A DNA stretch of 64,000 bases. Origin: Sulfolobales archaeon HS-7 (GTDB taxonomy: Archaea > Thermoproteota > Thermoprotei_A > Sulfolobales > Sulfolobaceae). Where the stretch lies: contig AP024596.1 in NCBI GenBank assembly GCA_019704295.1, forward strand, positions 1 to 64,000, in the 5' to 3' direction. This document shows positions 43,161-55,017 of the stretch, in pieces. Numbering within the stretch: the first letter of the stretch is position 1; each line of letters begins with the position of its first letter. The notes beneath the pieces are model-generated. The model was given only the letters and a program-made list of their open reading frames with translations. It did no database searches and was not told the DNA's origin. The position numbers and the translations under genes are program-made.

Positions 43161-43212
43161 GGGGAGAAAATTGAATCAAAGCTTATAAGGTGTATTTTCC
43201 AAAGAGAAGTTT

Positions 43213-43668
43213 ATGCAGGAAGGGGAATTGGCTCCGGACTTCGAAGGAATAGCGTCTAATGGTGAGAAAATTAGGCTTTCTTCCTTCAAGGGGAAAAAGG
43301 TAATCTTATACTTTTATCCACGAGCTTTTACGCCAGGTTGTACACGTGAAACGGAAAGATTTGCTCAACTTTACGATGAGTTCGTTAAACGTAATGCGGT
43401 AATAATAGGAATAAGTGTCGATACAACCGAAAAGCAGAGGAAGTTTGCGGAAACTTATTGTCAAAACAAATTTCTCATGGTTTCGGATAAGGAAAAGACC
43501 ATCTCTAAGACATTTGGAGTACTTAATGAGAAGGGAACAAGTGCACAAAGAGTCACCTTTATCATCGACGAAAACGGAAAGGTAATGAAAGTCCTTAAGG
43601 ATCTAAAGAGTGCGGAACAGCACGCAGATAAAGCCTTAGAACTTCTTTCGGCAAATGTAACACAGTGA
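43213..43668 (+). CDS. bcp: Peroxiredoxin, Bcp/PrxQ type
   Basis: YFYPRAFTPGCTRE motif. Confidence 0.93.
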   Translation: MQEGELAPDFEGIASNGEKIRLSSFKGKKVILYFYPRAFTPGCTRETERFAQLYDEFVKRNAVIIGISVDTTEKQRKFAETYCQNKFLMVSDKEKTISKTFGVLNEKGTSAQRVTFIIDENGKVMKVLKDLKSAEQHADKALELLSANVTQ

Positions 43669-43948
43669 AATAGCCTGTCCTAATGAATAGCACTTTCTGC
43701 TTTTTCACCTTGTTAAAGAACTCCCTGGAAGGTGAGGGACCCTCTCACCCAACATCAGGATTATGATCACTGCGTCTCACATAAACTGGCTAGAGGAGGA
43801 GAGGCAAACCGTGCGGTTCCACGCTTAACCCTCTCGTTAACGCTTACCTGTTGGTATATTATTTACAAGCTCATTTTTAAATAGAGCTATTTCAAAGGTT
43901 CCTCCCTTGATCCCCTCCACATGAAGATAGATGAAAAATGATAGCAGG

Positions 43949-45874
43949 CTAGTTTAGAGACAGATCCATACTTCTACTATGGATCTTATACTCTATCTTC
44001 TCGACGAATTTCTCGATTTCCGTCTTGATCAAATCTTTTTGTCCCCTAACTCTCACTGTTAATGTCCCCTCATTCATCTCCTTTTCCCCTACTACTATTA
44101 TATAGGGTATTCTCTTAAGTCTGGCATTTCTTATTCTGTACTCAAGCGTAGATTCGCTTCCATCAATTGTAACCCTTATGTTTCTTTCCCTCATTTTTCC
44201 TGCAATTGAATTCGCAAAGTCTTCATATTTTTTACTCACTGGAAGAATAACGACTTGAATTGGTGTTAACCATAGGGGTAGATTACCCGCAGTATGTTCC
44301 AGCACTATTCCCATGAATCTTCCTATTGATCCTAGTATAGCCCTGTGAATTATTATAGGAACATGCTCCCTATCATCCTTCCCCATATATTTCGCCCCGA
44401 GTAGTCCCGCTAGATTGAAGTCCAGTTGTACGGTGGAGACAGCGTAGGCATATTCCGGCTTTCCGGTAAAGTCTAGAACATATACATCTATTTTAGGTCC
44501 GTAAAATGCACCGTCTCCTTCCTTTACGGTGAAGTTAACTCCTATTTTCTCCAGCACGTTTCTTAAAGCGTTCTCCGCCTTATCCCACAGCTCATCTGAA
44601 CCTATCCTCTTTTCGGGCCTAGTCGCTAGGACGAAGATGGGCTTCATATCGAAAAGCCTAAAGGTCTCATTCATCATTTCGATGATTTCGGAAACGATGT
44701 CCTCAATCTGTTCCTCAGATACGAAGACATGTGCGTCATTCTGTTGTAAGACACGAGTTCTTAAAAGACCGTCTAATGTGCCCTCTAACTCATATCTGTG
44801 TACAATCCCGAATTCTGACAGCTTAAACGGTAGGTCTCTGTAGCTTCTCGTCTTCGCATTGAAGATCGCTATGTGGAATGGACAATTCATAGGCTTTAAC
44901 ACATACTTATCGTTTTCATCTGAGAATGGAACCACTTCGTACATATTCTCTCTGTATTTTTCCAAATGACCCGTCTTTTTCCATAATTCCGTTCTCCCTA
45001 TAAAGGGAGTCATGACCTCCATATAGCCGTGTTTTTTATCAAGCTCTCTAGCATATTGTAACAGTTCGTTATAAACTACGAAGCCGTCAGGTAAAATAAA
45101 CGGCGAACCTGGAGATATTTCAGTGAACATGAAAAGTTCAAGCTCCTTACCTATAACCTTATGATCCCTTCTTTTCCTCTCTTCAAGAATCTGAAGGTAT
45201 TCCTTTAGCAGACTTTCCTTTGGGAATGATATCCCGTATATTCTGGTAAGCGTCTCTCTCTTGCTGTCCCCTCTCCAGTAAGAACCAGACAATTTCAGTA
45301 ATTTTACCGCCTTTATGTATCCAGACGATGGAATATGCGGACCTCGACAAAGATCCACATAAGGACCATCTCTATAAGCCGATAGCGCCTCATTACTTTC
45401 CTCTATTATTTCTAATTTGAACTTGTTATCCTTAAACATCTCCCTGGCTTGTTCCTTGGTTAGTTCAATTCTCTCAAACTTAACGTCGTCCTTGACTAAC
45501 TTCTTAACTTCTTCCTCTAGTTTTGGTAGGTCGGAATCCCCTATTTTAAGGTTGTAGAAATCATAATAGAATCCCTCGTCTATTGGCGGACCTATGGTGG
45601 GGAGCGCATCAGGGTAGAGTTTCTTTACGGCTGCGGCCAACAGATGGGATGTCGAATGCCAGAAAACCTCCTTTCCTTCCTTGTCGTCAAAGGTTAAAAA
45701 CTCTATGACGTCTCCTTCTTTTGCTATATCTCCAACTGCTCTTGAAAGATCGTAAAGCTTCCCATTAATTTTGGCAATTAACACATCACGCTTCCTAGAT
45801 TTCTTACTGAGTTGATATAACGTGGAATTTGGTTCCACGTCTACCTCAATCCCATCGATAATTACTCTCATCAA
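43949..45874 (-). CDS. thrS: Threonine-tRNA ligase, full-length bacterial type
   Basis: TGS domain, editing motifs WHSTSH and DLCRGPH, KPMNCP, GAFYGPKID, IHRAILGS, anticodon domain. Confidence 0.96.
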   Translation of the reverse strand: MMRVIIDGIEVDVEPNSTLYQLSKKSRKRDVLIAKINGKLYDLSRAVGDIAKEGDVIEFLTFDDKEGKEVFWHSTSHLLAAAVKKLYPDALPTIGPPIDEGFYYDFYNLKIGDSDLPKLEEEVKKLVKDDVKFERIELTKEQAREMFKDNKFKLEIIEESNEALSAYRDGPYVDLCRGPHIPSSGYIKAVKLLKLSGSYWRGDSKRETLTRIYGISFPKESLLKEYLQILEERKRRDHKVIGKELELFMFTEISPGSPFILPDGFVVYNELLQYARELDKKHGYMEVMTPFIGRTELWKKTGHLEKYRENMYEVVPFSDENDKYVLKPMNCPFHIAIFNAKTRSYRDLPFKLSEFGIVHRYELEGTLDGLLRTRVLQQNDAHVFVSEEQIEDIVSEIIEMMNETFRLFDMKPIFVLATRPEKRIGSDELWDKAENALRNVLEKIGVNFTVKEGDGAFYGPKIDVYVLDFTGKPEYAYAVSTVQLDFNLAGLLGAKYMGKDDREHVPIIIHRAILGSIGRFMGIVLEHTAGNLPLWLTPIQVVILPVSKKYEDFANSIAGKMRERNIRVTIDGSESTLEYRIRNARLKRIPYIIVVGEKEMNEGTLTVRVRGQKDLIKTEIEKFVEKIEYKIHSRSMDLSLN

Positions 45875-45939
45875 AATCCTTACACTTATTGCTTTTTAAA
45901 AGCTTAATAGCGTTAAACGTTTTAGTCTATTAGAGACTG

Positions 45940-46329
45940 ATGACAAGAAGCGGTGAATCCAGCTATGTGTACAAGAAGGGAGGAAATAGAGGAGGAGATT
46001 CGCCTAAAAAGAGAGAGGATTCGGAAGATGAAGGAGAAAATTGGGGAAGTGGAGATAGATTTAGCAAAGATCTATCATTTGCAGGAGAAAGTCGAGGAGA
46101 GATTGAATACGAAGAGGAATGTTTAGATCTCCTTAGGGAATTGATGTTAGCGGCTAGCGAGGAAGCTAGCCTTCATCTTAGATTGGTAAACCTTCTCAAC
46201 GAGGCCAGAAACGAGACAATAAGACTTTCAGGTATGATAGCTATGCTTGCGTTTTTTGAAGATAAGAGGGAAATAGCTAAACTTAGGCGGGAAATTGAAC
46301 CTTTCTTCCAGAAATACGTTGATGCATAG
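45940..46329 (+). CDS. Hypothetical protein; only the C-terminal half looks protein-like
   Basis: 129-aa ORF; helical C-half from about 46100. Confidence 0.45.
   Translation: MTRSGESSYVYKKGGNRGGDSPKKREDSEDEGENWGSGDRFSKDLSFAGESRGEIEYEEECLDLLRELMLAASEEASLHLRLVNLLNEARNETIRLSGMIAMLAFFEDKREIAKLRREIEPFFQKYVDA
45953..46126 (+). CDS. Small coiled-coil protein (not in ORF track; overlaps 45940-46329 in another frame)
   Basis: (MNPA)MCTRREEIEEEIRLKRERIRKMKEKIGEVEIDLAKIYHLQEKVEERLNTKRNV. Confidence 0.45.
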   Translation: MNPAMCTRREEIEEEIRLKRERIRKMKEKIGEVEIDLAKIYHLQEKVEERLNTKRNV

Positions 46330-46494
46330 AGCGTCAGCACTTATTGTAGAGTTTCAGTTAGAACTTTAGGTTTACCCCTATACAGATAACACCTTGTAGA
46401 AGTTCGTTTTTAAAAAATTTTAAGAAAAGTTAACTAAAAGCAATCATTCAATTATGAAAACTCTTAAATTAACCTAATTTGTAGTATTTAAGCG

Positions 46495-47313
46495 ATGGCA
46501 AGGTCGAAGAAAGCAAAGAAAACAAAGGAAAGCAAGCTGCTCTATGTACCCTTTATAGTTCTAGGAGTTATACTTGTTCTTTTAATCGGAGGACCGTACA
46601 TCTTTCCCCACAACGCGGCTGCGAGTTCCATTGAATTCGGAACGTTCTATAAAGTGAGTAATCAGGACTATGCTCCCCCAGGTAAGGTTTACGTATACTT
46701 TGTAAGTTGGCAAGGGTGCCCAATCGGAGCTTCTTATTCGTGGCCATTGTATATTGCACTTTCTCATTTCGGTAAACTTAACGTTACCCTAAACTATTCA
46801 GATCCCCAAGAGGCGGAAGCTCCAAATCTGCCCATGTTGCTCTTTACGGGTTTCACTAGCAACTCCTCCGTAAATTTTGTGCCAATATACCTCTATAACA
46901 GGTATATGAACGCTACTCCTAACGGAACACCTATAACTGGAAATTTGGTAACTTATGGATTAGAGGAACTTAAAGGGGAAGTTCCCCTTCCTATATATAA
47001 CATTGTTAAAAACTACACAACGGAATTGGATATAAATGATAACGGTCAAATCCTACAACCTAGTGCATATGATGGAAGTCCCCCTCATATAAATACCGTT
47101 TTAGTAATTACAGGGCCAGGTGGCACCTATATAATAAATGGGCCAGCAACTTATGATAACCAACCTGCACCTTTCCTTTTCAAGGGATTGTCGGATCAGC
47201 CGCTTTGGCAATACATCACTACTGGTAAAACTAATAACGTGCCAGGAATAACCCTAAGCTATATAAATTACGCCGCTTCCCAAATTTTAGGAGAAATTCA
47301 AGACGCAATGTGA
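46495..47313 (+). CDS. DUF929-family membrane-anchored thioredoxin-like protein
   Basis: N-terminal TM; VSWQGCPIGASYSWPLYIALSHFG motif. Confidence 0.85.
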   Translation: MARSKKAKKTKESKLLYVPFIVLGVILVLLIGGPYIFPHNAAASSIEFGTFYKVSNQDYAPPGKVYVYFVSWQGCPIGASYSWPLYIALSHFGKLNVTLNYSDPQEAEAPNLPMLLFTGFTSNSSVNFVPIYLYNRYMNATPNGTPITGNLVTYGLEELKGEVPLPIYNIVKNYTTELDINDNGQILQPSAYDGSPPHINTVLVITGPGGTYIINGPATYDNQPAPFLFKGLSDQPLWQYITTGKTNNVPGITLSYINYAASQILGEIQDAM

Positions 47314-47317
47314 TAAT

Positions 47318-48268
47318 ATGAAGTTAATATTCCTCTTTTTTATTTTTTTATTAACTTTATCCTTTAGTATGATACAAAGGGAACAAAGTAATCTGGCTTC
47401 ATACCGTATTACTCTTAACGAGATTGCTCCCAACCACTATGATCTAAATGCTACATTAATTTCTTATGAAGTAAATGGTCAACCACATAACGTAACATCA
47501 CCTCCAATCCTCGCTAAAGAAAGTTTCCCATTGGAGTATTTTATTGGTCAAGATTACTATGCACAATTTCTTGGTACTACTATTGTGAATTATGAAGGAG
47601 AGCAAATTCCTGCTTACATCTTAAACATTTCTACACCAGAGGGTGGTTACGGTAGAGTCACTATGTCACTACAATATGGAGAGGTTCCAGTGATGGGTAA
47701 CTACACGATAAGGGGAAACTTGATCAATTTCTCCCTTCAACATTTTGATTTTACTCCCTCATTGAAAATATTTTCATACAAGCTTACGCTTAATTACCCT
47801 CCTTATACGAAATCTCCTCCGGTGATTGAGATTTACTCCAACCAATCCATCTCCTATAACTTAATTCCTGTGGGGACTCAGAATATTTCGAATCTAACTT
47901 ACTATTTAACCGAGTTGAGGATATCGTCAAATGGAATGGCAGGTGTATTCATAAACGGACAGGACGTAGCTGAAGGAATATATCCGATTTTAGTGAATTT
48001 TGACGGTTTAAATTATACGTTTATTCCGAAAGGGGGATATGTAGAGTACATAAATACTTCTGTTCCCTTTATGATCCAACCGATTACTGCAGGATACTAC
48101 TTTTCTTTTCCCGTTGGCGGAAATATCACTATACTTCTCTACTCCAGCCACCAAGTAATTAGTTTATTACAAAAACAAACAAGCAATTTGACTTACGTGT
48201 ATATAACCACAGTCATGGCTGTAGTCTTAGTTGTTTTCGTTATATCTTGGAGACTACTCAGAAAATAG
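47318..48268 (+). CDS. Secreted, C-terminally anchored surface protein
   Basis: Signal peptide, sequons, C-terminal TM plus basic tail. Confidence 0.75.
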   Translation: MKLIFLFFIFLLTLSFSMIQREQSNLASYRITLNEIAPNHYDLNATLISYEVNGQPHNVTSPPILAKESFPLEYFIGQDYYAQFLGTTIVNYEGEQIPAYILNISTPEGGYGRVTMSLQYGEVPVMGNYTIRGNLINFSLQHFDFTPSLKIFSYKLTLNYPPYTKSPPVIEIYSNQSISYNLIPVGTQNISNLTYYLTELRISSNGMAGVFINGQDVAEGIYPILVNFDGLNYTFIPKGGYVEYINTSVPFMIQPITAGYYFSFPVGGNITILLYSSHQVISLLQKQTSNLTYVYITTVMAVVLVVFVISWRLLRK

Positions 48269-48335
48269 AAAAAGGTGCTAATACCTTTTGTTTTAAGAGG
48301 AAGGCTTTTGGCTTTAACCATTAATCTACTCTTCT

Positions 48336-48512
48336 ATGAGTAAGGAACTTAATATGGTTATGGAAAAAATGAATACGATCAGGAACGAGATAGAGAAAAT
48401 AGGGGATGAGGAGGATCCACAAAAAATTAAGGAGATTATCAATTTAAATATGGAAATTGGTGCAATTCTCTACGCTAAATATATAAGCATCAAGTATAAG
48501 AATGAAAGATAA
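48336..48512 (+). CDS. Small hypothetical protein, 58 aa (not in ORF track)
   Basis: MSKELNMVMEKMNTIRNEIEKIGDEEDPQKIKEIINLNMEIGAILYAKYISIKYKNER. Confidence 0.5.
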   Translation: MSKELNMVMEKMNTIRNEIEKIGDEEDPQKIKEIINLNMEIGAILYAKYISIKYKNER

Positions 48513-48614
48513 CATGATAAAGAGAAAATAAAGACTTATACTTTATATCTAACATAAATAGATCAATGTCTTTTTATAGCATAAGTTTAAAAACACTATT
48601 ACATCAATAAAATC

Positions 48615-48977
48615 ATGGTGGATAATATGTCAATGGCTTTAGAAAATCAGGAGAGGATGAACTTGTTCAAAAGGTTTCTGATGGTTGCGTACGGACTTTC
48701 AGAGGGGGACGTGGACATTCTGCTCAAGGTAATAAGTAAGGGGGAGGTTGACGTCGAGACGTTATCGGAGGAAATAAAAATAAGTAAAAGCAGGGTAAGC
48801 CTCATTTTAAAGAAGCTAAGTGATATTGGACTTGCGGAGAGAAAAAAGCAGTTAGGAGGCGGCGGAGGAAGACCTAAGTTAATCTACAGTGTGGATAAAA
48901 GGGAGATAAAGCAGAAACTTGAAAACAAGTCAAGGGAATTATGCGGTCAGATATCTGAAGCTGTAAAGTCATTATAG
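48615..48977 (+). CDS. TrmB-like HTH transcriptional regulator
   Basis: YGLSEGD...SKSRVSLILKKL...GGRPKLIY. Confidence 0.85.
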   Translation: MVDNMSMALENQERMNLFKRFLMVAYGLSEGDVDILLKVISKGEVDVETLSEEIKISKSRVSLILKKLSDIGLAERKKQLGGGGGRPKLIYSVDKREIKQKLENKSRELCGQISEAVKSL

Positions 48978-49220
48978 TATGAGTCTAATGACGAAGTTCA
49001 CTATTTAATTAAATTACCTGGAATCTAATCACATGATCATTTTCATCTTAACAGTGGCTTCAAAGAGGGTAGAAGATTCGCCAGCCGTGGGCAGCTCCCT
49101 ATGCGGTTAATATTCAATGGGGAAAAGAGTAACAAGGATAACACTTACTAACGGAGTACGCGTTACCCTGACGTCGTTGTCAACAGTTTCAGATAAAGCA
49201 AGAAGTTTATACATTTTATT

Positions 49221-49453
49221 TATAAAATATTTTTATGTATCTTGTTACTAGATGTGAGTGACCTTTCCATAAAGGTGACACGGCATAAGATGTGCGATTT
49301 CCCCACATGATCCAGCCAATAGTGCTTATAATACTGTCATGCGAACTTCGAAGTGCGACCCTCAGGGCCTGTAGAACCCTCTGGACAAGTCGGAGCTTAG
49401 AAGCAAGAAATCCCTGGCGTGGGGTGAAAACCACCGTTATGACGGGGTAAGTT
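49221..49453 (+). mobile_element. Chimeric relic: IS607-type junction followed by an SMN1-like right half
   Basis: 49221-49308 resembles the minus strand of 25747-25835; 49345-49414 resembles 26106-26186. Confidence 0.6.
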
Positions 49454-49505
49454 AAGGTGGGGGGGATAAGATTTATTACAACGTAAGTGCAACTCATTCT
49501 ATAGC

Positions 49506-50429
49506 ATGCCATCATTAATAAAGATAGCTTTTACAACGGACTTACATGGTTCCACGGTCGCTTTTAACAAAGTTGTTAATCAGTTTAAGAGGCTAAAGTG
49601 TGACTATTTAATAATAGGAGGAAACTTAGTGTCAAATGAAACGTTAATAGTAAGGAAATCACAGGGAAAGATGATAGTAGACGGAAAGGAAGTAAGTAAA
49701 GCTGTAATCGATAATTTAGCTGAAAAAACTGGGGTTAATGTAATTATCGAAGAAGGAAAGGAGTTGGAACCTAATGAGATTAACGCCTATAAACTTGAAG
49801 CTCAGCTCAATAGGGCAAGTTCTTGGTTGGAAAAGATAAAAGACATTAAAGAGAAAGTAATATGGAATTTAGCTGATAGAGATCCCTCCGAACTCGAACA
49901 AGTTTTCAGGAAGTATGAGATAGAACTGGCTGATGATAAAGTTATAGAATTAGATAATCTTTATTTAGTTAGTGAGGGCTTTGGAACTAATATTGAGGGT
50001 GGGACAAAGGCTATTACGGATTCGGAACTTTTCATAAGAGGCGAAAAGTTACTTAAGAAAGTGGACGAACCTAACAAAGTTATACTGAATTTTCACATGC
50101 CACCATTTCAAAGTAGAATAGATGAAACTAGTATTAATGGGAAAAAAGTTAACATGGGGTCCAAAGCTGTATTAGACCTTATTAAAGAGTTCAATCCACT
50201 TTTGGGCCTACATGGACATGTACATCATCCAGAAGCCGTGATAAGTCAGGTTGGAAAGACAAAGGTTTCAAATCCTGGGAGCTATTACGAAAAGGGGTTC
50301 TATACTATGACATATGCCGAAATAGAGAGAAAAGCAGTATCGTTAGGAACGTTGGCAACTGCCGAGTTTAAGATTAAAACGCTTAGTCATTATACCGACT
50401 TCGTATGGGATCCAGTATTTGGGAGTTAA
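49506..50429 (+). CDS. Calcineurin-like metallophosphoesterase, degenerate motifs
   Basis: TDLHG, HMPP, LHGHVH, NPGS motifs. Confidence 0.8.
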   Translation: MPSLIKIAFTTDLHGSTVAFNKVVNQFKRLKCDYLIIGGNLVSNETLIVRKSQGKMIVDGKEVSKAVIDNLAEKTGVNVIIEEGKELEPNEINAYKLEAQLNRASSWLEKIKDIKEKVIWNLADRDPSELEQVFRKYEIELADDKVIELDNLYLVSEGFGTNIEGGTKAITDSELFIRGEKLLKKVDEPNKVILNFHMPPFQSRIDETSINGKKVNMGSKAVLDLIKEFNPLLGLHGHVHHPEAVISQVGKTKVSNPGSYYEKGFYTMTYAEIERKAVSLGTLATAEFKIKTLSHYTDFVWDPVFGS

Positions 50430-50513
50430 CGTTGTATACATTAAAATAAACTTTTTAACAAAACATATATCTTAAATCACTAAAGGTATTGAAAATCGCA
50501 GTTTGGACGGTTT

Positions 50514-51250
50514 GGCGTTCACGCGTTAATTACTAATTCACTTTATTTTATTAGTTTAAAATTAACCAATTCATTGCTGACTTATATTACTAAATAATGG
50601 GTGAGTAGGGGGTAATACCATGGAATAACTTCCACGGGGAAAACGCGCACCACTAGTAATGGATATAACAGGTATTGCGTGAGTTAAGCGTATAAGGCGG
50701 GGGAAAACAAGGTAGGCCGGAGAGCAGGAGGGGAAAACCTCGTCTTCAAGGCTGACTGTGACGCCCTTAGAACGGTCTAGCAAGAGGGGATAGAACCCCT
50801 GAGGCTGTAGCAAGTTTCTCTAGGGGTTGACGGTAGTTAACGTCATAAAACGAGAGGAATGTTATTACGGTAGTTAAGATAGTACATCATTAGTTAGTAA
50901 GGTACCTCATGGAAGTTGCTACAAAGACCTTCGCGATAGACCCCTCCGAGAGCTAACTGCAGCCAAGGGAGAGCTTTTAGTGGAACGAGAGAAATCCATA
51001 TTCAATCAAAGAGGGAATTCAAGTACTACAAGGGCGTTTCTCTCTGTTTCACTCCCTTTGAAGGATTTTGTAGATTGTATAAGCCATTGCTATCGCCTAT
51101 AACCTCCCAACCTGTTTTCTTATATTTGTAACGATATTATTAGCTACCCTTATTTCTCTCACTACTTGGTATATATCTAGATTATTATAAGCTAAATTAT
51201 ACCAATTCAACGAAGAATATTACAATCGATAATGAGCACGTGAATAGCCC
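50514..51250 (+). mobile_element. Decayed IS (IS5-like?) copy A with terminal inverted repeats
   Basis: Ends GGCGTTCACGCGTT and CACGTGAATAGCCC; both ends homologous to copy B; stop-ridden VMDITGI fragment inside. Confidence 0.65.
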
Positions 51251-51443
51251 TATACCCAGATATATAGCTCATTATATCAGATATTATACCTTACATATAT
51301 TCATTATATTCTTGTATCTTATAATAAGATATAACTAGCTAAGTCGAAAATTTTTAATATAGTTTTAAATCCTAGTTGTATTTTTCAATAACATTATTAC
51401 GAGTATTTATTAATGGCTATAATATAAAAAGTCATGATAGAAT

Positions 51444-52904
<1,461 letters not shown>

Positions 52905-52950
52905 GAATTTAAATATTTTTTATATAACTATTTTATATTTGTCTAAAGTA

Positions 52951-53306
52951 GGCCGTCTACGCGTTCATTGCGGATTGTAATATTCTTCGTTAAATTAGTA
53001 TAGTTCATATTGTAATAATCCAGATATCTATCAAGTTGTGAGAGGAATAGGGATAGCCATAATATTAGGGTCATTTCCTAATCCTTTACGAATTCGGTTT
53101 ATTTAGAAAATGGTAAATTTAATTGTATATTATCGCATCTACAAGGTAGGGATTTACGCTTAATAGTTTACATTATCATACTATCTTATTCACAAATTAC
53201 GTTTTGTAAAAGAACCTCTGAATCATCCATTACAGAGCTCGCAGTGAATTGGTTAATTTCAAATCAGTAAAATAAAGTGAATTCGCAACGAACGTGTGAA
53301 TAGCCC
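52951..53306 (-). mobile_element. Internally deleted IS copy B (MITE-like, 356 bp), inverted relative to copy A
   Basis: Terminal IR cores match at 15/18; TA on both flanks; 71/85 and 38/43 matches to the two ends of copy A. Confidence 0.75.
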
Positions 53307-53356
53307 TACCCTGTACTTAGCAAAGAGTTTATTATAGGCTATGAGAAAAATCCTGC

Positions 53357-53746
53357 ATGCAGTTAACTTCTAAGGAAAAAATAATAAATTCAAATAAAGA
53401 TCTAAATACAATAGTGGTACAATTCTCCCAATATTTACAACAAAGTGGATGGAAAGTTCAAAATAGAGTAGAGGGTAACGTAGCAATTATTCAAGCTCAA
53501 GAGGGTGGAATTTTGAGAGATATTATTGCTGCCGATAGAGCGCTCACTTTTAGACTTGAGAAAGTTCCCGAAGGTATTAAGGTTCATGTTGGTATCGGCA
53601 AGTGGATCCAGAATCTAGCTGTTACCGCTATTGAAGCTATCGTGCTTTCCTGGCTTTTCTTGGCGGTTGATGTACCCGAAATGGTGTGGACAGAGCACGT
53701 TGAGTCAAAGCTGGTAAAGAAATTAGAGGAAATAGCAAACACTTAA
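53357..53746 (+). CDS. Hypothetical protein
   Basis: 129-aa ORF with protein-like composition and an upstream TATA-like box. Confidence 0.7.
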   Translation: MQLTSKEKIINSNKDLNTIVVQFSQYLQQSGWKVQNRVEGNVAIIQAQEGGILRDIIAADRALTFRLEKVPEGIKVHVGIGKWIQNLAVTAIEAIVLSWLFLAVDVPEMVWTEHVESKLVKKLEEIANT

Positions 53747-53806
53747 TGCGGCATGAGTTAAAAAACGTAATTAAACATTTTTTACTTCCACGAGAATTTA
53801 GAGAAA

Positions 53807-54334
53807 ATGAATACTAGATTCATTGCGAGGACTTTAGGAATCATCTTATTAATCATTTCTGGATATACTTACTTGTTCGGTGGAGTTATTCTAAGGCTTT
53901 TCTCATATCAAGGTCCTTTATTAGGGACGGCTCTTCTGACTTGGTCTTTCATTAATATAGGTGAAATATTATATACAAAAAAAGCGATTATTCCTGCTAT
54001 AATGGCACCCCTAATAGCAGTGCCTTGGCTTATTCCTCAAATTGTCGAAAATATGAATAACTTTCTCATAATTATAGCGTTCCTTTCGCTAATGACCTCC
54101 GGCTTCCTTGAGGGCCTAGCATTTAACTTCCTTGCGTTTCACGTAAAAGCCATACTACTTATTTTAGGCGTAGTTATAGATTTGTCTTACTTAGGTATAA
54201 TATATTACTACTCTTCTATCTTTCATATTCCCTCAACGATAATGCTTAACTACTTACTGATTTTCGTATACTGTGTCAAGTTTCCATCTACGGCAGTCGT
54301 AACGGTTTACATTATGAAAAGACTAAATTTCTAG
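53807..54334 (+). CDS. Hypothetical membrane protein
   Basis: 175 aa, about 6 TM segments. Confidence 0.65.
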   Translation: MNTRFIARTLGIILLIISGYTYLFGGVILRLFSYQGPLLGTALLTWSFINIGEILYTKKAIIPAIMAPLIAVPWLIPQIVENMNNFLIIIAFLSLMTSGFLEGLAFNFLAFHVKAILLILGVVIDLSYLGIIYYYSSIFHIPSTIMLNYLLIFVYCVKFPSTAVVTVYIMKRLNF

Positions 54335-54615
54335 ACACACTCAATTATAGTAATATTATCGCCTACGGTCTCATCCAACAACACGTGAAGTTCTGATTTT
54401 ACGTTAATGTCCTTTAATTCATGAAGCTTTCCAGAAAGCGTAGGGTTTATCAATATGATAGTTTTTTTAGACTCCTTATTCAATATGAAGGAGATGGCCT
54501 TTCCTAAGTGGGAAATTAGCTTATAGTTAATCGATTTTTTTGCACAAGAATCGCTGTCAGATATATATGGCTGTGCAATATTAGGGATCCAACTATATAT
54601 TGATAACGTCAGCAC
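54331..54615 (-). CDS. Hypothetical protein
   Basis: 94-aa ORF with GTG start, no motif. Confidence 0.35.
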   Translation of the reverse strand: MLTLSIYSWIPNIAQPYISDSDSCAKKSINYKLISHLGKAISFILNKESKKTIILINPTLSGKLHELKDINVKSELHVLLDETVGDNITIIECV

Positions 54616-55017
54616 TTCTTGTTACCGTTATAGTATTTTATATATTTGGCTAATAAAGCTTGTAGGATAATACTCTCAAGAAAATTCACTATAACTTCTA
54701 GGAATTGCAAAAGCTAAACTTTTGACGATATCGAACGTGTAATTTGGGTTAAGCAAGTGATGAATATTAGCTCGCTTGAGTAACTATGTGACAATGTCAT
54801 GCTTTTCCTCAGACGCTTTTCTCCCTTATTTTTCCTGTTAAAAGTAGTTATTTAAATGTTAAGCGAAAAACTATTTTAAATCTACTTCCATGAAATAAGT
54901 TCATAAATCAGAACTGATATAACTATTCCGCTTCTTCATAAAGTTTCAAGGAAACTCTGTAAAGGATAAACAAGTACATTACGTACTTTTTTATGATAGG
55001 CAGACACAATATTAGAT

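Noticed and set aside
50590-51000. G-rich intergenic tract as RNase P or SRP RNA
   Set aside because: No P4 consensus or SRP helix-8 motif recognised; it lies between IS ends and reads better as decayed transposase
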